Positions 9,101 to 16,964 are shown, numbered from the stretch's first letter. The stretch is DNA of 32,000 bases from Nitrososphaera viennensis EN76 (GCF_000698785.1 NZ_CP007536.1:1380001-1412000), one strand, 5' to 3'. Made by a program: numbers and translations. The notes: generated by a model from the sequence alone, not told the origin.

Positions 9101-9263
9101 CCCGCTGTAGCTCAGCCTGGTAGAGCTTTCGGCTGTAGATGTCGGCTAGCAGAGCTGACCACGTGTAGCAGCCTATCGGGCGTACAGGTAGCAGTAACCG
9201 AAGAGTCGCAGGCTCAAACAAAACCGGCGACATGCCGTTTTGGAGCAAATCCTGCCGGCGGGA
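9101..9263 (+). tRNA. tRNA-Tyr (anticodon GTA) with two introns: a canonical 37/38 intron (58 nt) and a T-loop intron (about 31 nt)
   Basis: Folded by hand. Acceptor stem CCCGCTG (9101-9107) pairs with CGGCGGG (9256-9262), giving the C1:G72 pair typical of archaeal tRNA-Tyr. D arm: GCTC-AGCCTGGTA-GAGC. Anticodon stem TTCGG (9128-32) pairs with CCGAA (9198-9202). Anticodon loop is CT-GTA-G[intron 9139-9196]A. T stem GCAGG (9208-12) pairs with CCTGC (9251-55), with about 9215-9245 removed to leave loop CTCAAAT. Discriminator is A9263 and no CCA is encoded. Confidence 0.85.
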
Positions 9264-9270
9264 TACACAC

Positions 9271-9290
9271 ACTCTCTCTTCTTTTCTTTC
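9271..9290 (+). terminator. pyrimidine (CT)-rich tract downstream of the tRNA; putative archaeal terminator
   Basis: ACTCTCTCTTCTTTTCTTTC begins 8 nt after the tRNA 3' end. Oligo-T or pyrimidine tracts are the known archaeal termination signal. Confidence 0.4.
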
Positions 9291-9329
9291 GAGTGCTTAT
9301 TAGCGTGCATGGCGTAACAATATACCGCC

Positions 9330-10724
9330 ATGCAGCAAAAGATAGAAACGATAAACCCGGCAACAGGCAAGGTCATTGCGTCTTATGATAACGATAGCGC
9401 GGATGTTGTTGCGCAAAAAGTAAGGAAGGCAAGGGAGGCTTTTTCCGGCTGGAAAAAACTCGAGCTTGGCGAGCGCGCAGACCACATGCGCAGGCTTGGG
9501 AGGGTGATGCGCAAAAACCGCGAAGAGTACGCCCACATTGTAACAGAAGAGATGGGCAAGCCTGTGCGCCAGTCGCTTGCCGAAATTGAAAAGTGCGCGT
9601 GGGTATGCGACTATTACGCCGAGCACGCGGAGGCATTTTTGCGCGACCAGATAGTGCCGACAGAGTTCCGCAAGAGCTTTGTCTCGTTTGAGCCGCTGGG
9701 CGTGGTCGCGTCGATAATGCCGTGGAACTTTCCCTTCTGGCAGGTGATGAGGTTTGCGGTGCCGGCGCTCACCGCCGGAAACGTCGGCGTGCTGAAACAT
9801 TCCAGCGTCTGCCTTGGAAGCTCGCTCAAGCTGCAGCAAGCGTTTTCCGACGCAGGCTTTCCGGAAAACGTGTTCCAGGTGGTAGTCGGCGACTATCGCG
9901 TCGGCGAGGCTCTGGTACAGGCCGACATTGATGCTGTCTCGGTGACAGGGAGCGTGAACACGGGAAAACGGGTGGCCGAGCTTGCGTCAAAAGACCTGAA
10001 GAAATTCGTGCTGGAGCTTGGCGGCAGTGATCCATTTATCGTTCTGGACGACGCCGACCTGAAGCAGACGGCGTACATGGCCACGCAGTCGCGCCTTTTG
10101 AACACTGGCCAGAGCTGCATATCCGCCAAGAGGTTCATAGTCGTAAAAAGCGTCGCAGAGAAATTCACAAAGCTGTTTGTCGAGGACACTGAGGCGGAGG
10201 TGCTCGGCGACCCGCTCGACCCCAAGACGACCGTCGGCCCGCTTGTGCGCGACAGCCAGAGGCAGGCGCTTGCAAGGCAGGTCGACGACGCAAGGACAAA
10301 GGGGGGCAAGGTGCTTGTCGGGGGCAGGCCCGTTGCAGGGGACGGCTATTTCTACGAGCCGACAATAATCTCCAACGTCGGGCACGAGATGAACGTACTC
10401 AAGGAGGAGGTGTTTGGTCCTGCCGCGCCGATAATAGTGGTGGAAAACGAGGAGCAGGCAGTCCGCGAGGCCAACAACTCGGAGTTTGGACTTGGCGCAA
10501 GCATCTGGACCAACAACATCGAGCGCGGCGTGAAACTTGCAAGGCAGATAGAATCCGGCATCGTGTCGGTAAACGAGATGGTCAGGTCGGACCCGCGCCT
10601 GCCTTTTGGCGGGGTAAAGAAATCCGGCATCGGCCGTGAGCTGTCAGAGTTTGGCATAAAGGAGTTTGTCAATATCAAGTCGGTGGTAGTGAAGGACATA
10701 CAGAGCAAGCTGCTTGTGGAATAG
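9330..10724 (+). CDS. NAD(P)-dependent aldehyde dehydrogenase (succinate-semialdehyde dehydrogenase-like)
   Basis: 'INPATGKVIASY' N-terminus, 'LELGGSDPFIVLDDADL' and the catalytic Cys context 'NTGQSCISAKRF'. The 464-aa length is typical of the family. Confidence 0.9.
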   Translation: MQQKIETINPATGKVIASYDNDSADVVAQKVRKAREAFSGWKKLELGERADHMRRLGRVMRKNREEYAHIVTEEMGKPVRQSLAEIEKCAWVCDYYAEHAEAFLRDQIVPTEFRKSFVSFEPLGVVASIMPWNFPFWQVMRFAVPALTAGNVGVLKHSSVCLGSSLKLQQAFSDAGFPENVFQVVVGDYRVGEALVQADIDAVSVTGSVNTGKRVAELASKDLKKFVLELGGSDPFIVLDDADLKQTAYMATQSRLLNTGQSCISAKRFIVVKSVAEKFTKLFVEDTEAEVLGDPLDPKTTVGPLVRDSQRQALARQVDDARTKGGKVLVGGRPVAGDGYFYEPTIISNVGHEMNVLKEEVFGPAAPIIVVENEEQAVREANNSEFGLGASIWTNNIERGVKLARQIESGIVSVNEMVRSDPRLPFGGVKKSGIGRELSEFGIKEFVNIKSVVVKDIQSKLLVE

Positions 10725-10865
10725 ACTAATCCTCCACTGTGAAGTTGGACTGATAGAGCAGAAATAATGTCTCTTAGAATGGCACGGGGCACTTCTCGAA
10801 AACTCATTGCATAATCGCTATGAAACGACGCGGCCTTAAATCCCCAAGTCACCAAGTAGTAACGC

Positions 10866-11155
10866 TTGAAGCGGCATCACTCTATCGAGATATTCTCTGT
10901 GGGTTGTCCTCTATGTAAGCACATAACAGACGATATTGAGATTGGCAAGTGTAAAGGATGTAGTCATGCAGTTTATGACTTGAACAAAATGACTGAAGAG
11001 ATTAAGGTAAAAATGAAGAGTACGGCATCACGTCGGTGCCTACCACAATTATAGACGGAAGCATCAAGGTCATAGGAATACCTGATTTCCCTTGGATATG
11101 CGGCGACGACCTGTACATGAAGCTAAGAAAGGATTACACGCTGAAAAAGAACTAA
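10866..11155 (+). pseudogene. thioredoxin-fold small redox protein (CPLC motif) interrupted by a 1-nt frameshift
   Basis: Frame 1 (10866-11018) gives 'IEIFSVGCPLCKHITDDIEIG...EEIKVKMK'. From 11021 a different frame gives 'YGITSVPTTIIDGSIKVIGIPDFPWICGDDLYMKLRKDYTLKKN*'. Together they form a complete redox-active-disulfide-protein pattern (CxxC ... YGI.SVPT.IDG). One base appears to be missing at about 11019-11020. Confidence 0.6.
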
Positions 11156-11307
11156 GAACGGAACATCTTGATCCAGCAGCAGCTGTCCTTGTCGTTTGAC
11201 AACCATGCAAACTGACGAACTCGCAATATGTCGTTAATTTCCTTCCGGACCCACTTTCAACAGCTTGCCACTTTGACCCGAATTTTCAGTGTCGCATTTT
11301 CGTTGCA

Positions 11308-11338
11308 CAAAAAGAGAAAAGAAGAGAGAAAGAGAGGA
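11308..11338 (-). terminator. pyrimidine-rich tract immediately 3' of the adh stop codon
   Basis: The minus strand reads CCTATCCTCTCTTTCTCTCTTCTTTTCTCTTTTTG starting right after the stop at 11343. It shares the 15-mer TCTCTCTTCTTTTCT with the tract after tRNA-Tyr. Confidence 0.45.
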
Positions 11339-11342
11339 TAGG

Positions 11343-12395
11343 CTACGGGTTGATTACAGCCCTGCCGATTATCTTGCCACTCTTTAGCTCTTCAAGCGCG
11401 GCGTTCACTTCATCGAGCTTGAACCGGCGCGACACCACTGACTGGATCTTGCCCTTCTTGGCGAGCTCTACCAGTTCTACCAGATCAGAGTACTTGCCGG
11501 TGTAGGCGCCGGTAAGGGTAAAGGCGCGCAGCGGTATGAGCGGTAAGTTAAGTTCCATCGAGCCTCCGAAAAGGCCCACCATCACAAGCTTGCCGCGCTT
11601 TCTCAGCATGTTAAAAGAGTTCGGGGCTGTCTTGGCGTTGTTGACAAAGTCGATGACTGCTTCGGCTCCGAGGCCCTTTGTGGCGTCCTTGACGCCCTGC
11701 ACCGGGTCGCCCTTGCCCGAGTTCACCGCAATGTCGGCGCCGAGCTTTTTCGCCTCGTCCAGCTTTTTGTCGTCAATGTCGACCACGGCTATCTTTGCGC
11801 CGGTTATCGCCTTGGCTATCTGCACCGCCATGAGCCCAAGGCCGCCGGCTCCGATTATCACGAGCGTCTCGCCGTCCTTTACCGCCGCCTTTTTCACGGC
11901 GGTAAACGCGGTGAGGCCAGAGCACGCAAGCGATGCAGCTGCGGCAGTGTCATAGTCGCCCAGCTTTACAAGGTATTTGTAACTGGGAACGAGTGCATAC
12001 TCGCCATAGCCCCCGTCCTGGTACACGCCAAGCGACCTTGGCGAGTCGCAGAGGTTCTCCTCTCCGGCCTTGCACGCAGGGCACACGCCGTCGCCTATCC
12101 ACGGGTAGACGAGCACCTTTTCGCCCTTGCTGTAGCCGGTGACCTTGTCGCCCATCTCCACTATCGAGCCGGCGACCTCGTGGCCCGGCGTCAACGGAAA
12201 CTTTACTCCGCGGTCTTCAACCTTCATGAAAACGCCCTGCGGGCCGGCATAGCCTCCTTCCCACAGGTGCAGGTCGCTGTGGCAGACTCCTGCGCTGTCC
12301 ACCTTTACGAGGACCTGCTCGCCGCTTGGCTTTGGTGTAGCAATATCTTCTACTTTCAAGGGTTCCTTTGTCTTGTTTATGCGTGCAGCCTTCAT
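11343..12395 (-). CDS. zinc-dependent alcohol dehydrogenase (MDR family)
   Basis: 'GVCHSDLH' and 'GHEVAGSIVE' catalytic-zinc motifs; structural-zinc Cys cluster 'CPACKAGEENLC'; Rossmann motif 'VIIGAGGLGLMAV'. The ATG at 12395 (MKAARI...) is preferred over the GTG at 12404. Confidence 0.9.
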   Translation of the reverse strand: MKAARINKTKEPLKVEDIATPKPSGEQVLVKVDSAGVCHSDLHLWEGGYAGPQGVFMKVEDRGVKFPLTPGHEVAGSIVEMGDKVTGYSKGEKVLVYPWIGDGVCPACKAGEENLCDSPRSLGVYQDGGYGEYALVPSYKYLVKLGDYDTAAAASLACSGLTAFTAVKKAAVKDGETLVIIGAGGLGLMAVQIAKAITGAKIAVVDIDDKKLDEAKKLGADIAVNSGKGDPVQGVKDATKGLGAEAVIDFVNNAKTAPNSFNMLRKRGKLVMVGLFGGSMELNLPLIPLRAFTLTGAYTGKYSDLVELVELAKKGKIQSVVSRRFKLDEVNAALEELKSGKIIGRAVINP

Positions 12396-12485
12396 ACGCC
12401 ACACTTGTACGATGCGATCGGTATTAAACTAAACGCACACACGTACAGTTTATCTTGCAATCCTGCGCAATTTTGGATACACACA

Positions 12486-12833
12486 TTGATCAGGGCTGCA
12501 AGGATCTACTCCTTTGAAAATGACGAAAGAAAAAGCTACCGCGTGCTGGTAGACAGGCTTTGGCCGAGGGGCGTCAGCAAAGGCAGCGTGGACCTCTGGC
12601 TTAGAGACATTGCCCCGTCCGACGCGCTGCGCAAGTGGTTCTCCCACGATGATAAAAAGTGGGACTCCTTTAAGGAGCGCTATTTCAAGGAGCTTGACGG
12701 AAAGCAGGGGCTTGTAAAAACAATTCTTGAAAAAGAAAAGCAGGGGCCCGTCACCCTGCTGTTTGCGGCAAAAGACGCAGAGCACAACAACGCAGTTGCG
12801 CTGCTGGAATACCTGAAACGCTTTAATTGCTAG
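12486..12833 (+). CDS. DUF488 (YeaO-like) family protein
   Basis: 'YRVLVDRLWPRGVSK...DLWLRDIAPSDALRKWFSHD...VTLLFAAKDAEHNNAVAL' parallels E. coli YeaO as I recall it. A TTG start at 12486 gives 'MIRAARIYSF...'. The longer ORF beginning at 12180 would overlap adh. Confidence 0.8.
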   Translation: MIRAARIYSFENDERKSYRVLVDRLWPRGVSKGSVDLWLRDIAPSDALRKWFSHDDKKWDSFKERYFKELDGKQGLVKTILEKEKQGPVTLLFAAKDAEHNNAVALLEYLKRFNC

Positions 12834-12834
12834 C

Positions 12835-13230
12835 ATGTGCATCTTTTTGCCTGTACATATGCGTGTCAGCGCGGTCGCGGTAGTCCTTGCGGCAATAGCA
12901 GTCACGGGCGCAATCGCAATCCCTACTGGCAACCCCGCGTTCCTTGACAGGGCGATTGCAATCGAAGCCGCGTTCATCGCGCTTGCCGTGCTGACCTTTG
13001 CCGGCTACAAAAAGCAGCTGTACGCGTGCATACCGCTTGCAGCAATCGTAATGGTCGGAAACTCGCTTGCGCCTCCGCACGTAGAGATAATGACGACGTT
13101 TTCAAAGCCGTTCAACGCGGTGGTGCTCATAACGGGCGGGTACATACTGCAAATAGTGCTCATCGTGACCGCGGTGATGGAGCTGCAAAAGAGAAGGGAA
13201 AGGCCGCCGCTGCCGGCCAGAGGGAGATAG
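12835..13230 (+). CDS. hypothetical membrane protein (about 4 TM)
   Basis: Four hydrophobic segments. The ATG lies 1 nt after the DUF488 stop (TAG-C-ATG). An alternative ATG is at 12859. Confidence 0.5.
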   Translation: MCIFLPVHMRVSAVAVVLAAIAVTGAIAIPTGNPAFLDRAIAIEAAFIALAVLTFAGYKKQLYACIPLAAIVMVGNSLAPPHVEIMTTFSKPFNAVVLITGGYILQIVLIVTAVMELQKRRERPPLPARGR

Positions 13231-13234
13231 AGAG

Positions 13235-14620
13235 CTAGCCGGCTCCAAGTATGCTTTCTTTTGACAGCGCCTTGTCAAGGTCCGCCTTGGTCATCAGCTT
13301 CTTTTCAAGGACGAGCTCCCGTATGCTCTTGTTCGTTTTCAGCGCCTCCTTGTAGATTTCTGCCGCCTTCAGGTAGCCTATGTACGGGTTCAGGAGCGTG
13401 ACGAGAACAGGGCTTTTCTCGATGTACGACTCTAGCTTTTCCCTGTTGGCCTTTATCCCGTCTATCATGTTTTCCGCAAACACGGGCAGGAAATTTTTCA
13501 GCATGTCAGTCGAGTCGAGCATGCTCTTTAACATTCCGGGGAGCATGACGTTCAGCTCGAACTGGCCTGCCTGCGCCGCCATTGCGACAGAGACGTCGTT
13601 TCCTATGACGTTGAAGCAGACCATGTTCAGGCACTCTGCAAGCGACGGGTTGACCTTGCCCGGCATTATCGACGAGCCAGCGTGCACGGCAGGTATCAGG
13701 ACTTCTGCAAGGCCGGCTACAGGGCCGCAGGCCATCAGGCGTATGTCGTTTGCCATTTTTGTAAGCTCGATTGCAACGTTGCGTAGCGCCGACGACGCGT
13801 TTGCGACGTCGAACTTGCTCTGGAGCGAATAGAACATGTTGTCAGACGGCTTCAGCTTTAGTTTCGATACTTCAGAGAGGTGCTTTATGGCAAGCTCGCG
13901 GTAGCCCTTGGGCGTGTTTGCGCCCGTGCCGACGGCGGTGCCCCCGAGGCCCACCTCTCGCAGGCCATCCATCGCCTCGCGCATCCTCTTTTGCGCCCTT
14001 GCAAGCGAGTAGGCGTACTCTTCAAACTCGGCGCCTAGAGTGACGGGGATCGCGTCCATCAGGTGCGTCCTTCCGATCTTGATGGCGTCCTCAAACTCCT
14101 TGGCTTTTTTCTTGAGCGAGTTTATCAGGACGGAAAGCGACCTGTCGGCCTCTTCCATGTTGAGCAGGATCGCGACGTGCATCGCAGTGGGAAAGGTGTC
14201 GTTTGACGACTGGGACATGTTGACGTGGTCGTTTGGGCTGACGATTTCATACTCGCCCTTTTTCTTGCCCAGAATTTCCAGAGCCCTGTTTGCTATCACC
14301 TCGTTTGAATTCATGTTAAAGGCGGTGCCGGCGCCAGAGTTGATGGCCTCGACCACGAACTGGTCAAGGAGCTTGCCGGCAAGGATCTCGTCGCAGGCCT
14401 TTACAATGGCGTCGGCCTTTTTGGCGTCCAGCGCTTTTAGTTCCTTGTTTGCAAGGGCGGCAGACCGCTTTATCATGACAAAAGCGCGTATCAGGTTGAT
14501 GTGGGCCCTCTGGCCCGTGACCTTGTACATCTCTTTTGCCCTTGCCGCAAAGGGGCCGTAGTAAGCGTCAGACGGAACCTTGACTTCGCCAAGCGAATCC
14601 TTGTCTATCCTGTACGACAT
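13235..14620 (-). CDS. aspartate ammonia-lyase / class II fumarate hydratase family lyase (Bacillus-type aspartase-like)
   Basis: Family signature 'GSSIMPGKVNP', plus 'SSNDTFPTAMH' and 'GRTHLMDAIPVTLG'. Several other segments ('VPSDAYYG', 'VCFNVIGND..AMAAQAGQFELNVM', 'GIKANREK') resemble aspartases more than FumC. Confidence 0.85.
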   Translation of the reverse strand: MSYRIDKDSLGEVKVPSDAYYGPFAARAKEMYKVTGQRAHINLIRAFVMIKRSAALANKELKALDAKKADAIVKACDEILAGKLLDQFVVEAINSGAGTAFNMNSNEVIANRALEILGKKKGEYEIVSPNDHVNMSQSSNDTFPTAMHVAILLNMEEADRSLSVLINSLKKKAKEFEDAIKIGRTHLMDAIPVTLGAEFEEYAYSLARAQKRMREAMDGLREVGLGGTAVGTGANTPKGYRELAIKHLSEVSKLKLKPSDNMFYSLQSKFDVANASSALRNVAIELTKMANDIRLMACGPVAGLAEVLIPAVHAGSSIMPGKVNPSLAECLNMVCFNVIGNDVSVAMAAQAGQFELNVMLPGMLKSMLDSTDMLKNFLPVFAENMIDGIKANREKLESYIEKSPVLVTLLNPYIGYLKAAEIYKEALKTNKSIRELVLEKKLMTKADLDKALSKESILGAG

Positions 14621-14645
14621 CGCAGCTGCGATGGCGCTGGCGCCG

Positions 14646-14657
14646 TAATAAATTAAT
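14646..14657 (-). promoter_or_regulatory. TATA-like box for the lyase gene
   Basis: The minus strand reads ATTAATTTATTA, 26-37 nt upstream of the ATG at 14620. Confidence 0.35.
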
Positions 14658-14681
14658 CGACGCTCTCGCGGTTTGGATTTG

Positions 14682-15269
14682 TCAAACCGGCTGTACGAGC
14701 CGGCGGTACTCTTCTTCCAGTATTGAATACCTCAACTCGTCCAGCCATTTTCCGTCCTTCAAGACGCTTTTTCGCATCCTGCCTTCAAACTCAAATCCAG
14801 CCTTTTCCAGCAGTTTCACAGACGCGGTGTTTGGATGCATGACGCTGGCGTAGATCCTAAAGAGTTTCAGGTTGTCAAATCCAAAGTTCAGGATGCCAAG
14901 GAGAGCCTCTTTTGCAATCCCCCTGCCCCAGTATTTTTTGCCCAGCCAGTATCCGACCTCTGCATTTCGGTTCTGGTAGTCTATGCGAGCCAAGCTGATT
15001 ACCCCGATAATCTTGCGGGTTTCTTTAATCTCGATGCCAAATGCATAGTCTTCTTCTCTGCTACCAAAGTGCTGGGCAATTTTGATGAAATCCCGGGCAT
15101 GCCTCAACGTGTACGGATAAGGAATAATGCGCGTGTACCTGCTAACCTCTTTATCGTTTAGATTTTCCTGGATGGACCTGGCGTCAGATTTTTCAAGCGT
15201 CCGCAAGACGATCCGTTTTCCTTCAATTACTGGAACAACCATGCCGCGTCCTGTGATGTGCGCATTCAT
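14682..15269 (-). CDS. GNAT family N-acetyltransferase (RimJ/RimL-like)
   Basis: 'RIVLRTLEKSDA' N-terminal pattern and the acetyl-CoA motif region 'YWLGKKYWGRGIAKEA'. An alternative start at 15242 gives MVVPVIEGK.... Confidence 0.85.
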   Translation of the reverse strand: MNAHITGRGMVVPVIEGKRIVLRTLEKSDARSIQENLNDKEVSRYTRIIPYPYTLRHARDFIKIAQHFGSREEDYAFGIEIKETRKIIGVISLARIDYQNRNAEVGYWLGKKYWGRGIAKEALLGILNFGFDNLKLFRIYASVMHPNTASVKLLEKAGFEFEGRMRKSVLKDGKWLDELRYSILEEEYRRLVQPV

Positions 15270-15330
15270 GTCATATTAAGACAGATTTTGCAGGTTTGCG
15301 GAAATACAAAAAATGCTGCAAGCTAACGAG

Positions 15331-15798
15331 TCACCGCCGCTGCTGCCCTGCCTTGACAGGGGTCATTGCCATCGTCCTTGAAATGATAGAACAAATAATT
15401 CCAACTCCTGCCGCGGTGCCGGTGAACCAGAGGACGTAATTGCTCAGAAAGTTTGCTCCTTCTGGCGGCGATGATGATGATGCAAAGCCAAGGACCAAGC
15501 TGAGGATTATTGTGATGATGCCCTGGCCGGTCCCTATCATTACGAGGAACTTGCCGCTTGTGATCCTGTTTTTGAAAAACAACACTCCCCCGATCATCAC
15601 TACGATGCCGCCAAGCTGCGCAACCAGCGCCAGCAACCCGACCGGCACGATGGCGACTTGCCAGACATCTCTGGCCGTGTACTCCTTCAGGCCTGCGATA
15701 GCCAGATCGTAAACGACTGTGCTTGGGTGATAGCCGGAAACGAGAAAAAGCACGCCGGATGCTATTGCCAGCATTCCTGCCAGCTTGTTACGGATCAT
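15331..15798 (-). CDS. hypothetical membrane protein (about 4 TM)
   Basis: Hydrophobic segments run throughout. It is co-directional with and downstream of the DUF2182 gene. Confidence 0.5.
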   Translation of the reverse strand: MIRNKLAGMLAIASGVLFLVSGYHPSTVVYDLAIAGLKEYTARDVWQVAIVPVGLLALVAQLGGIVVMIGGVLFFKNRITSGKFLVMIGTGQGIITIILSLVLGFASSSSPPEGANFLSNYVLWFTGTAAGVGIICSIISRTMAMTPVKAGQQRR

Positions 15799-15973
15799 AC
15801 TGGTGTTCAGAAAAATATTTTCTTGGCATTAAGCAATTATGGAGACTCTCTCTTGCACCTTTTTTCAGTTTTAAGCAGTACCTAAAGCGCCAGGAACGCA
15901 AGTGATGATTACTACTACTGCCGTTATCGCGTCTGCAAAATGATTATCATAGGCATTTTCTCGTCCTAGTTTT

Positions 15974-16924
15974 TTATGTCATCCCGTCGGGCATCTCTTG
16001 GGTCGGCGCCATGTTTGCAGGCGGATTCAGGGCAGTGTCAGTACCAGAAGCCATGTCGCCCGCAGGCGGCATCATGGGAATAGAAATTGCTGACGACCCG
16101 CCCGTGACTACGACCAGGATTCCAATCATCATAAATCCAATTCCTGCAGCTCTTGCAATCCATATCCCCTTCTTTGACCAGATTTTTTCCCCAAAGATTA
16201 TTCCCGAAAACAAGGCCATCCAGAGCAGGTTCATCCAGCCAAGCGCCACCATCAACAAAAAGTACGGCCAGCAGCACCCCAGGCAATACAGGCCATGAAA
16301 GACTCCCATCTTGGCCGCTCCTGAAACGCCGTTGCGCCACCTCCTCATGAAAAAGCTCAGGGGAGATTCGCAGTACCCGAGGCACCTAGCCTTGAGCGGG
16401 CTGAACTGATAGGCCCCTGCAATAATTAGGATGGCGCCATAGATGTACTGTGCAGACAACTCTGATGCCGCGCTTGTTACGGCGCTCATCAACGCGGACC
16501 ACCCAAACAGCAGGACAAGCCCCGTCAGTGACCAGACCGCAAGATAGCCGCCGACAAATAGCATGGTCTTGAAGGGATAGTAGACTTTCTTTCTGGAAAC
16601 ACCATTATCATCATTTTTCTGTAAAGTCATCTGCACCTGGCTGCTGTTTTTTTCCGAGCCGGCCAGCCTGTTGTAGAGAAGCACCATCGGAGTGATGGCA
16701 GGAAACATCATTGCGGCCATGCCGACGGTCCACAACGATACAAAAAACAGGTAAGATGATGATGATGCCATCAAGCCAAGCTTATCATTACTGTCGCTGC
16801 CCATTCCAGAAGCTAAAGACATCATCGCCATCATCATATCGTTCTGAAAAGCCTGGGAGGTCAGCCAGCCTGCTGCTGAAACAGAGACAAGCGAAACGAG
16901 GATTACCTTTTGCACTTTGTCCAT
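15974..16924 (-). CDS. DUF2182-like polytopic membrane protein (predicted metal-binding) with Met-rich termini
   Basis: 'GMAAMMFPAITPMVLLY' and 'YCLGCCWPYFLLMVALGWMNLLWMALF' resemble DUF2182 as I recall it. The start is 40 nt downstream of a DUF1326 gene, the usual partner. Family call made by eye only. Confidence 0.7.
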   Translation of the reverse strand: MDKVQKVILVSLVSVSAAGWLTSQAFQNDMMMAMMSLASGMGSDSNDKLGLMASSSSYLFFVSLWTVGMAAMMFPAITPMVLLYNRLAGSEKNSSQVQMTLQKNDDNGVSRKKVYYPFKTMLFVGGYLAVWSLTGLVLLFGWSALMSAVTSAASELSAQYIYGAILIIAGAYQFSPLKARCLGYCESPLSFFMRRWRNGVSGAAKMGVFHGLYCLGCCWPYFLLMVALGWMNLLWMALFSGIIFGEKIWSKKGIWIARAAGIGFMMIGILVVVTGGSSAISIPMMPPAGDMASGTDTALNPPANMAPTQEMPDGMT

Positions 16925-16964
16925 ATCCCAGCATCCCTGCTGCCGCTACTGCAGCATCATCATC

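Noticed and set aside
9139-9196. Possible C/D-box sRNA inside the 58-nt tRNA-Tyr intron, as seen in some archaeal tRNA-Trp introns.
   Set aside because: A CTGA (D-like) is present at 9155-9158, but there is no RUGAUGA C box. The nearest candidate is AGATGT.
9069-9376. ORF-track entries 9069..9272 (-) and 9173..9376 (-).
   Set aside because: They overlap the hand-folded tRNA-Tyr and its downstream terminator-like tract, and their translations have no protein-like features.
12180-12485. The N-terminal 100 aa of ORF 12180..12833.
   Set aside because: This part overlaps the adh 5' end and the divergent promoter region and has no similarity to DUF488. The family N-terminus aligns with the TTG at 12486.
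15902-15908. C-box-like GTGATGA (also ATGATGA at 31123-31129 and TGATGA at 18470-18475) as C/D-box sRNA genes.
   Set aside because: No CTGA D box lies at the appropriate distance of about 40-60 nt downstream in any of the three cases.
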